DNA of 64,000 nucleotides from Aplysia californica (Eukaryota): NCBI RefSeq assembly GCF_000002075.1, contig NW_004797292.1, positions 1,594,861 to 1,658,860 of the forward strand, read 5' to 3'. Shown piece by piece: positions 49,700 to 59,819 of this stretch (position 1 is its first letter; each line of letters starts with the position of its first letter). The notes under the pieces were generated by a model. It saw only the letters and a program-made list of their open reading frames with translations, ran no database searches and was not told where the DNA came from. The position numbers and the translations under genes were made by a program.

Positions 49700-52600
49700 G
49701 GAACTACAAAGGGACTGAAAGAAGAGTTAAGCAAAACTGTATTATGTCCTAATACCTCTTTACTGAAGATACACAGTGACAAATGAACGCTCAGGTCTCC
49801 AAGTGATTGAAAAAAAATATCAGTAACATCAAATATGTCGATGACATAGTCATACTTACAGATTCTAATAGGGAATAATAATGTTGCACCTACATACTGT
49901 CGTGATGAAAAGTAAACGTAGTTGCTATTCCTTAAATCTAAAAAACTGTGCTTGTTAGTATCTAAAAAAGTAATAGGCCTAAATCACATCAGCAACAGAA
50001 TTCAAATAAATATAACTAGGATATATCATTTTATACCATACTTGGAGCTGTTTTAGCATTGCACTTCCGGTAAGATATATCCTTATATTTCACGTTATAG
50101 GCTGGCTAAGCTGATATCTCACACGTGAAATATAAAAATTTGCATAAATTGCTCCACGCACTAGATCTATATTCGCCTTCTACTTCTATCCCTCTGTGTA
50201 GGCTAAGCAAAGTAGCCTAGAATCTAGATCTAGTTAAATCTTAAAACCCTCGCTGCAAAGCGCGCTCACCATGGGCAACCAAACACTTCTCCAAGTCTCG
50301 CTGTCCCTTATAGACGAGTATAGGTGCTAATCTTTCTACGTTGCCCTTAATTTTGTTTCGAATAGAGTCAAATGATGGGCACCGGGATTACGCCAGAGTA
50401 TGATGCTGTTACGTACAGTTCATTTCTCGAATAAAATAATCATTTATTTGTTCTAATGGGTCATCATAATAATGCAACTTGTCAGGTGCAGCTAAACTGC
50501 CCTCTTTCAAATTAATTAGTACAACTGACGTTTGGAAATTTCTTTTTCCGTTCAGACATTGTAGCAGCACACTAGATAAACACTATGGGTAGACAGTGGA
50601 CACTAGATATCTAAATAAATTTTAATTAGATCTATCAAAATGATAGATCTACAACACAACTAAATAAATTTCACCACTTTGGCACTTAGATCTAGATCAG
50701 ATGTAAACTCCAGGTCTAGAGGTCTATATATTGTATCAGCTTGAATAAATGAAATGATCATGAAAGATTTACAAAGTTTTGAAATTTTGTAGTCACTTTA
50801 TCAAACATTTAAAAACCCACTGTTTAGATCACTTGCGTTGCCTTTTGAATTTTCGTTTAGATCTACATTAATTCTATCACTACATAAACTAAATGATCAA
50901 TTGTATAAATAAAAGAAGATAAAACTTTAAAATAATATGTAATTGATAAATATGAATATTAGTCAATATACGAGTATAACATTCTTGGATAATTACTTTT
51001 TGGAAAAAATAAAAGCTTCCTCCCTTGTTATTCTGATATTCTTACCTCCCCTTAAAAAATCCAGAATATCGGAAATCGATAGACAAAAACTAGATGTCTA
51101 ACTACATATTTAGAATTAGCACATCAGTATCAAAGTAGCTAGACAACTTTTGTTGTTAAAATGCCTTTTTTTCATCTTTGACCAATTTAATGCAATGCAT
51201 TAGATCTAATATCTTAATCTAGATCTATATCTAGATCTAGACTCGAGACTCGAGACTCTTTGCCCTTGGTTTGTTTTGGTTACGAGGTTTGAAATCAAAA
51301 TCAAAGTCATCTCTATTCTAACAAAAACATGCCATATTAATGCAGTTTCTGTCAACTTTTGAATCGTACGTTTTCTGATTACATGTACTTTGCTTATATT
51401 TACGTTATGATATTTTTGTTTGGGATTTGTTTCGCGGAGGGAGACATACGGATAGCACAACTTGTAAATTAGCCTGGCTAAAAGTAAGGGAAAACAGTCC
51501 AGATTTTTCCCAATTCTCAATCAGACTTCGCCGGGCAAGAAATTTTTGTTTTTATGTGAGACTCTAGAATGGATCCTCTTGTCCAATTGACGGGTCATTT
51601 GAACTTTGTTGGTACGGACGTATTTCGCCAGCTGATATCAGTATGGTATAAAAAGTTTATTACACTCGTTGTGGTGTTAGACCATGATTTATCCTACTTG
51701 TGAAATTGGCTGTTGTAATCACTCGTTGAAACTCATGATTACAACTTGGCAATTTCACTCGTAGGGTCATGATCTTACACCACAACTCATGTAATAAATT
51801 ATTTATCTAGATGCCAATTGTTCCACAGAAATTGAACGAAGAACTGCAATAGGTTTTTTTTTAAGATTCAGTAAAATGAGTCCCATCCTGAAAAACAGAA
51901 ACGTCTCAATGACATAATAGAAAGAAATGTAGGAGGCTCTCTGTGATCAACCTTTCTATACCGATGTGGATGCTGGACATTAAAATGTACCCAAACAATG
52001 AAAGTGAAGGTATAGCAACAGAACTATTTTAGTTTTGTTTTTTGGTTAGTGTTTTACGGCGCTTGCAACTGCATACGGTCATATGAGCACGCGCGACACA
52101 TTAAGCTTCTTCAGTTGGTAGGAAATTTTGAATTTTGACCTACTCTTATCGATTTTAGACCACCAAGAGATCTTTAATGTGCGCAACTTGCATACGGGCC
52201 CTCCGAGATATTTCGCCATTGTCCGAGAAGGCTAGGTGTAGATCTTTCTTACCAGAAGATCAAGGGTGTGGCTGAATGACAGCAGTAAGAAGGAGCCCAG
52301 GAGTAGCAGTAAAAAGGCTGCAGAAAGAGTCAGAAGCCCAGAGGAGGGGGCAGAGGAAGAAAGGGGGTAGGAGCAACAGAACTGTGATTTCAAAGGAACT
52401 GTTAAGAATTTCATGGGAGAAAAAAAATCAAGTAAGGTTGTCTCAGTGCTGAATGAATGTAAACAACTAACTGGAAAGAGACAAGTGCAGTTTTGGGGAC
52501 AATTGACTAGACATTAAACACACCTCTCTCAATAGAAAAATAGACGGCACAAAAGGTGAGAGTTTGCCAAGCACAGTTTGATTCGAAAACGTGAGCACAT

Positions 52601-52700
52601 GGGTGATGAGGAAAGTCCAGAACAGTTTCATGTTTGTTTAGAACACCCTAGCAGAGACATGAGTGGCAAATCAGGATTGCTGATGTGTATTTCAGACCTA
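49700..52700 (+). mobile_element. Old decayed RTE RT/3' fragments, split by insertions
   Basis: NISNIKYVDDIVILTDS near 49820; DANCSTEIERRTAIG near 51810; KRQVQF near 52480. Confidence 0.6.
50029..51798. mobile_element. Unclassified 1.8-kb insertion with a 14-bp inverted repeat and a terminal ~140-bp palindrome
   Basis: ttttataccatact (50029-50042) / agtatggtataaaa (51640-51653); hairpin 51656-51798. The RTE reading context resumes on both sides. Confidence 0.6.
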
Positions 52701-53246
52701 GCATTATAATGATAGCGAGTAGTTATCTCACACTGAGGCATACACGAGTTGAAAATTCCTAAATGTGTCCTAGAGTACGGTACACGGTTCTGGCGTTGTA
52801 GGTGGAGAGATTTGTGAGACAAGTCAAAGAAAAACAAAGCTAAATTTACAAATAAAATATGTTAACAAAATGCACCTTTCATCCACCTCCTTTTCCAAAT
52901 CCCCCCCCCCCCCCNNNNNNNNNNNNNNNNNNNNNNNNNNNNNNNNNNNNNNNNNNNNNNNNNNNNNNNNNNNNNNNNNNNNNNNNNNNNNNNNNNNNNN
53001 NNNNNNNNNNNNNNNNNNNNNNNNNNNNNNNNNNNNNNNNNNNNNNNNNNNNNNNNNNNNNNNNNNNNNNNNNNNNNNNNNNNNNNNNNNNNNNNNNNNN
53101 NNNNNNNNNNNNNNNNNNNNNNNNNNNNNNNNNNNNNNNNNNNNNNNNNTTAAAAAGTCACACTGATCATTACTTAGAAGACTTCTAACAAAGCAAAACG
53201 AAATACAAAGAAAGTCAGGAAAAACATACGTAAAAAAAGAAAGAGT

Positions 53247-53249
<3 letters not shown>

Positions 53250-53303
<54 letters not shown>
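53250..53303. repeat. (GATA)n microsatellite
   Basis: Direct reading. Confidence 0.95.
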
Positions 53304-53304
<1 letters not shown>

Positions 53305-53608
53305 TCATATTGAATAATTTTAGAACCATTATGTCCTTTGTGTTCTGTGATATTATTGTGTAATCTATTAAACAGTGAATAATAAATGGATTCATGAATT
53401 TTTTTATCTTTTTTAAAGAAAGAAGCGAAGAAAATGGATGTGCCACAAATAAACAGTTTAATCTTTATCTCTCTGTTGTAGATGCGGAGAAAATAGGTTA
53501 TAATCGTCCCTGATTTTAAAAAATGTGTTCTTTTCTCTAACATCCAGATTCACTCACATGATTTTTATCTTTTCCTCAGAATTTTGTGTCTATTTTTGCC
53601 TCCTGAGA

Positions 53609-53643
53609 TCACGACAACAACAGGACCTTGGGGTATATAAAAA
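53609..53643 (+). promoter_or_regulatory. Gene 3 core promoter: TCACGACA + TATA box (TATATAAAAA 53634-53643)
   Basis: Paralogous to the gene 1 and gene 2 promoter blocks. Confidence 0.75.
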
Positions 53644-53663
53644 TGAGATTCTTCCTAAGAAGA

Positions 53664-53723
53664 AACAGATCTTCCAGAACCATCCATTCTCCTCAGTTCA
53701 GCTTTCAAGACACCAGCTAAGTG
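53664..53723 (+). other. Gene 3 predicted non-coding exon 1 (start approximate); donor GTGAGT at 53724, intron 53724-56806
   Basis: ccattctcctcagttcagctttcaagac..aagtg|gtgagttgcc aligns with gene 1; acceptor tttcAG|atcccacgATG at 56805-56817. Confidence 0.72.
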
Positions 53724-53934
53724 GTGAGTTGCCTCTCGATGTACTCCTCTGACGCAAAGCGCCGGTTTCTTTTTTATACTATTTTTAAAAAATCTTATTA
53801 TTTCTTTTAAGACAATATTTCAAGTCTCTGGTAACGACAGCTACATCAAGTTTCTAGACGTTTATTAATATTATTATTGTTAAGCCTGTAATACTAAATA
53901 CTTTTCGGTCAAATCTGAAAGAATGTAGAGATTA

Positions 53935-56488
53935 CAATGGTCACCACATATATTGCGACATAAGGTTTTAGACTTGTTCTAAACTAATTTGGGGTTGCGC
54001 GTTTCAAAAATGTGATTAGTTTTTGCGTATCGTGTCAAGTTGTTGCTGTATGAAAAAATTGCCTATTTTCAAGTCGATATTACACATTCGGGGTTTTTCA
54101 TACAGCGTAGCCTCATACAACGTAGTCTCTAGTTCGATTTAAAAGCTCGCTTCTTTAATGAATTAGAATAACATTCAACCATAAAGATGTGACATTTTAT
54201 TAATGATGGGTAACTTATCCATAGTAGTTACATTATGGCAATGTTTTTGTTCTATACACGTAACAAAACTCGAACGTAGACTCTCATTAAGCCTGCAAAA
54301 TTATGGCCCAATCACGATCCATTTTGACTTAAAATTCTTACAAGGAAATGCCAAGAAACATTTAAAAAGCATTGATTTGCAAATATAGACCGCTCATTGT
54401 GGTCAACTTGGCCTTTAGTTAAAGATAAGAAGCGAATTTTATACAAATGAACGTCAAATCCCTGTTGTTTCAGTCAGGTTAAATTCAATAGTTTGATAAG
54501 GATCTGTTTAAGGATCTTTGACTTCATTATTGAAAAGAAATATTTTTTAAAGATACATGTATGATTCCAGGATAACGTTTTGTCGCAGTAGGGGAAAGGA
54601 ACTTCCACTACAGTCGCAGCAGAAAATGATTTTAAGTTACTAAGACCATGAGGTCATTAACTAAAATGATCTATCAAAATCCTAAGATCATTCAGAGTTG
54701 TTATCAAGATCTTCAAATAATTGCATTTGGAAAAGCTTGACATGTTTTGAAACTCCAATTTTTTTTACATCATAGGGTAGTGTTTCACCAAGACGCACCG
54801 GGGCTTTTTAACATGCATTAGGTGTGTCTGATTACCGTCCGAAAGAATGAGGAATTTTCTTAGACAGTCAATAAGAAGTCTTAAATGTGTGCTACTCAAT
54901 AATGGAAATTAATATTTATGTCTCGACGTAGTAGAATCAGGCTCTCGTCAATTTTTGGTCCTGTGGATTTATTAGTATCACCTAAATGCTTAACCATTTG
55001 CCGTACTTTCCATGAAAAAGAATACCCATCTATCTTCAATAGAAGTCGACATATTTTCGATTGAAGGAGGTGTGGTCACCTGGTTTAAGTAGTAAAGTTA
55101 GCGAGGAAACTGCCGCCAAAGCTCGGTAACTTCGTAGCTTGAGAGTCGTTGAAAACTGAGAAATTACATATTTGTGCTTTTAATTAACGTTATTGGTCAA
55201 ATTCATACGGAAATGTGTTTTACATGGACATAAAAGGTGTTGAGCCAAAAAACAAAAATTTGAAAAAAAAAAGTCAAACTTGCGGTAAAGTGCCTGTTTC
55301 TTCGATTTCAATACTTTGACGAGCGACAGATTTCACCACGACGCCTCACATTTATTTGGGTCCGTTCCTACATTTTACATATCTGCTTAAAGAACTTCGG
55401 GATAGTGTGAATATCTGAAAATTGTCAACTTCCTACAAGGGCAGTACGGTGGCTATATAAAGTGTCCATGTTTCCATCGTCTCTTGGATAGTCAGAAGAA
55501 TGAAAAACACATCGTTGGAAACAAAAGAGATGGTTAATAACAGAATGTCAGAAATAAATCACTTGTGGATGGTGATAAAAATCATATTTCCTCTCTTTCA
55601 TATCAAGTTAAGCTTTATGAAACAAATTGGGAAAGTCCTGAATTTTGAAAGGTTGGGGGTGGGGGGGTGTTCTGTTTCAAGTACATAGGCGCCGCTTTTC
55701 CTAATTTCTGTCATTAGAAAATAGGGGTTGGTGTTTTCGACGGTCCTCAAGTAGGAGAGCTGATGAGACATCCATATTTAATACTCAATTGAGTGGCAAA
55801 GAGAAAATAGCTTGGAAAACGTTTGCGACTGCGATATTAGACTTTTTGGGCGGCAGAAAAGCAGAAAATTACTAGAACTTTGTCAAAACTTTGCATGGTA
55901 TGTACCATCTTTTGGGATGCAACATGAGCATCAAGGTTCATTTCACTGGAAAATCGTTAAGATAAATTTCCTCAAAACTTTGATGACGTCAGTGATCAGC
56001 AAGGTGAAAGATTTCTCCATAACATTGAAATTATGGAGACATGGTGTCAAGACCGACTGTACATCAAAGTGATGGTTGATAACTGTTGGGGGATTTCAAA
56101 GGAATTTCTAGATACAACGCACTGGACACAACGTCGCAAAAGAAAATGTCAGTCATGACTACGCTTCGTCCCAACTTGAGTACGTGAACTACTTTTTAAT
56201 GTTGTGCCCAATGTCATTGTAAAATTGAGGATTTTCACAATTTGATTGAATAACAAGATGCTTTCGTGTCTCACATTTTGCTTTTACTTGCTCCGAACAA
56301 TATTGGGCTGTTTTTTTCATTTGGGCTAACTTAATTGCATACAGCAAGCAAGTTGTCATGACGTAGAGGACAAACTAGTTTTGATAGACCAGAAGTAACA
56401 CCATTTTTAGATTCAGCGACCTAAAATTACCACAAATCAAGTCTCAAACGCAAGGCTGCAGAAAAAAGCTAAATTTTGTTGCCCAGTG
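53935..56488 (+). mobile_element. Decayed Chapaev3-like DNA transposon in gene 3 intron (contains MITE M1 at 54920-55349)
   Basis: Imperfect TIRs caatggtcacc.. / ..gttgcccagtg. C-terminal transposase remnant ~55800-56090: EKIAWKTF..FLGGRKAENY..LLGCNMSIKVHF..DKFPQNFDDVSDQQGERFLHNIEIME..MVDNCW. The gene 1 intron shows the empty site (gataatttgaatg, ~12870). Confidence 0.78.
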
Positions 56489-56814
56489 ATTTGAATGTCA
56501 AACCAAGTCGATGTGAAAACAAGTGGGGATATAATGTTAACCCTTAACATTTTGCATCTGGGAGCTAAAAATATCATGAGGGGTATAATGGGGATGAAAG
56601 GGAAAATGTCTCAATTTTGTTGTTTTACAAATTGTATATTTAAAGTTAATAAACTATATTGGTCTGAAAATCATATCATGTTCGAACAACAAAGTGGAAC
56701 GTTCTATTGTTGCTGGGTATATTCCACACCTTACCGTCAGACAAATATATAAATAATCTCTGGTTATGAAATCAGGTTTGACAAATTTAATACATTGTAC
56801 TTTCAGATCCCACG

Positions 56815-57639
56815 ATGAAGCTGCTAATTCTTGGCTTAGCCATCACGGCGATGGCATCTGCTGTGCCAGTCCCAAAGGAGGATAGAAGAGACCTCCCGGA
56901 TTTCGGATCTGCGATTCAGGACATTATCCAGCAGATCAAGGACGCTTTCCTTCCCGGGAATAGCAAGAGGGGTGTTTTCGTTGATGCCGCTGATAAGATC
57001 CAAGAAATCATTGACGGAATCCAACATGCCATTCACCCAGACCAGGATAAAAGGGGTGTTTTAGTTGATGCTGCTGATAAGATCCAAGAAATCATTGATG
57101 GAATCCAACATGCCATTCACCCAGACCTGGATAAAAGGGGTATTTTCGTTGATGCTGCTGATAAGATCCAAGAAATTATTGACGGAATCCAACATGCCAT
57201 TCACCCAGACCAGGATAAAAGGGGTGTTTTAGTTGATGCTGCTGATAAGATCCAAGAAATCATTGATGGAATCCAACATGCCATTCACCCAGACCTGGAT
57301 AAAAGGGGTATTTTCGTTGATGCTGCTGATAAGATCCAAGAAATTATTGATGGAATCCAACATGCCATTCACCCAGACCTGGATAAAAGGGGTGTTTTCG
57401 TTGATGCTGCTGATAAGATCCAAGAAATTATTGACGGAATCCAACATGCCATTCACCCAGACCAGGATAAAAGGGGTGTTTTAGTTGATGCTGCTGATAA
57501 GATCCAAGAAATCATTGATGGAATCCAACATGCCATTCACCCAGACCTGGATAAAAGGGGTGTTTTCGTTGATGCTGCTGATAAGATCCAAGAAATCATT
57601 GATGGAATCCAACATGCCATTCACCCAGACCAGGCGTAA
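56815..57639 (+). CDS. Secreted multi-peptide precursor, paralog G3 (274 aa; signal peptide + 9 KR-delimited peptides)
   Basis: MKLLILGLAITAMASA|VPVPKEDRR|DLPDFGSAIQDIIQQIKDAFLPGNS-KR, then eight 84-bp units G(V/I)(F/L)VDAADKIQEIIDGIQHAIHPD(Q/L)(D/A). Confidence 0.93.
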   Translation: MKLLILGLAITAMASAVPVPKEDRRDLPDFGSAIQDIIQQIKDAFLPGNSKRGVFVDAADKIQEIIDGIQHAIHPDQDKRGVLVDAADKIQEIIDGIQHAIHPDLDKRGIFVDAADKIQEIIDGIQHAIHPDQDKRGVLVDAADKIQEIIDGIQHAIHPDLDKRGIFVDAADKIQEIIDGIQHAIHPDLDKRGVFVDAADKIQEIIDGIQHAIHPDQDKRGVLVDAADKIQEIIDGIQHAIHPDLDKRGVFVDAADKIQEIIDGIQHAIHPDQA

Positions 57640-58780
57640 TGAAATTATACTCGACATACTACCTCAACAGCCCCCCCCCCCTTTCCCCGCAAAACAAAAG
57701 AAAACAACAACAACAACAATAACAACAACAACAACCCAGAAAGAAACCATTATTCAAATCAGTATGCTTTTAGTTATTGGCTAGTAGAGTACATTTTGAA
57801 TTATTTTGACAATGTAAAATACATTTCTGAAAAGGGCATAATGCTTTCTTAGTTATTTTCCTTCTCTTTCGCAGTTTTAAATATATTTTCAACCTGTTTT
57901 GTCTTTTGTTCTATAATATTTAAGACCAGTTCACTGTTCTGAACGGGATACGTAACCTAAACAGACCGACGGAGATGCTTGGTGAAAAATGTTTCCACTC
58001 TGGTATCGAAGCCCAAANNNNNNNNNNNNNNNNNNNNNNNNNNNNNNNNNNNNNNNNNNNNNNNNNNNNNNNNNNNNNNNNNNNNNNNNNNNNNNNNNNN
58101 NNNNNNNNNNNNNNNNNNNNNNNNNNNNNNNNNNNNNNNNNNNNNNNNNNNNNNNNCTCTTTCTCTCTCTCTACGCCCGTACAAGGTAAATGATGACCCG
58201 CCCCCTCGCCCCGCTCCTTTTCCCTCCAAAGCAAAGTTTAGTTTTAGTTTTAGTAGAGGTTTTACGGCGCTCGCAACTGCATAAGGTGATATGAGCGCCA
58301 AGGGGTGGATGTCAACAAAGAAGTCCTTACAGGGAATCAGACTTACTCTGCTCACCTCTCTAGCTTCAACAGCACAAAGTCTGCTTCGATTGTCAAGGCT
58401 CCCCGGAAATAGCGGGTCACAAGAATGTGACAAACATACAAAAGAAGTAAAGGAAAATGACGATAGTACGGATTAGAAAAGAAAAGGCAGCAGTTCCCTG
58501 TTGAGGTTCAGGCACAGTTATGAGCATGACTTTTTTTTAGATCAGCCCATTTACAATTCTACAGCTAAAAACACTTCAGTCAGTGGCACTATGGCCTCAT
58601 GCAAACACAGCATACACACTTGATTAATCAACTCTCGTCANNNNNNNNNNNNNNNNNNNNNNNNNNNNNNNNNNNNNNNNNNNNNNNNNNNNNNNNNNNN
58701 NNNNNNNNNNNNNNNNNNNNNNNNNNNNNNNNNNNNNNNNNNNNNNNNNNNNNNNNNNNNNNNNNNNNNNNNNNNNNNNN

Positions 58781-58970
58781 CCTCCAGGCGACGCTTAGAG
58801 GAACCTTCATGATGCCGAAGTACAAATTGAACATGTTATTGAGATCATCAAGGATGCTGTGCTTCCTGGAGATAACAAGAGAGGTGCCATTGTTGTCGCT
58901 GCTTATAGACTCCAAGAAATCATTGAATGACAGAATCCAGCATGCCATCCACCTAAACCAGGTTTATTGA
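58781..58970 (+). pseudogene. Fourth paralog, disrupted 3' coding fragment (pseudo-G4)
   Basis: Frame from 58781: PPGDA*RNLHDAEVQIEHVIEIIKDAVLPGDNKRGAIVVAAYRLQEIIE*, then a frameshift to RIQHAIHLNQVY*. The K of a KR site is TAG. The 3' sequence aligns with the gene 2 UTR; the 5' side abuts an N gap. Confidence 0.85.
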
Positions 58971-59819
58971 AATGCTTGATGTGCTAATTTCTAAAAGACG
59001 AAAGGACCCATTATTCAAATCAGTATATCTATAGGCATTGGCTTACAGAGTTATCGCTTACACAACTACAAAGACTAACAGTCAAGTATTATCAATGATT
59101 ACAATCTACCTATAATGATTTTTAAAATTCGAAAATAGAAGTTGACAAAACGAAATTTATAATATGACCTTTTCTTTAGTCAAAATCGAATTTCCAGCTA
59201 ATCATACAGCGCAGTGTAAAAGGTTTTACCTGAAAAAAACAACGTATTATTATGTTAAAATCATTGTATCCAAGGAACACATTTTCTTTGTAAAGAAACC
59301 TAAGCATAACATGATGGCAGACGCATTTATGTCCTAGTTTTAGTAAGAGTTTTAAAGCGCTCGCAACTGCATAAGGTCATATGAGCATTGGTGTCTAACA
59401 CGAACATTCCGTTTACAAACAAGAATTCCCAAGTTTACTTTTCTGTCTTGATAGAACATTCTTGCCAGAACTGATGAGCCACAGTTGTCAGTTTTCAGAT
59501 CAGACAATGGATATATGCTCTGGAATATGTTTTGCTTTTTTTGAGGGGGGTGGGGTGGTTGTCTTAGAAAAGTCGTCGTCTTAGGGAAGATCATCTTAGT
59601 ACAGAAAAAGCACAAGGGGAATTGGGAAGTGACCGTCTGTACAGGTGAATATCTTGGACAGGTGGCCGTCAGAGCATGCAGCCGTTATAAGGGATTCACA
59701 CTTTAGCAGAACATGAAACCAAGTGGGGTAACGGCGAACCCGTTACGCCCTGAGCTTTGCATTCACAAACCGCAAGTTCAGCTCCCACGATTGGAAAATG
59801 TCACTTTGAGTAAGGATTG

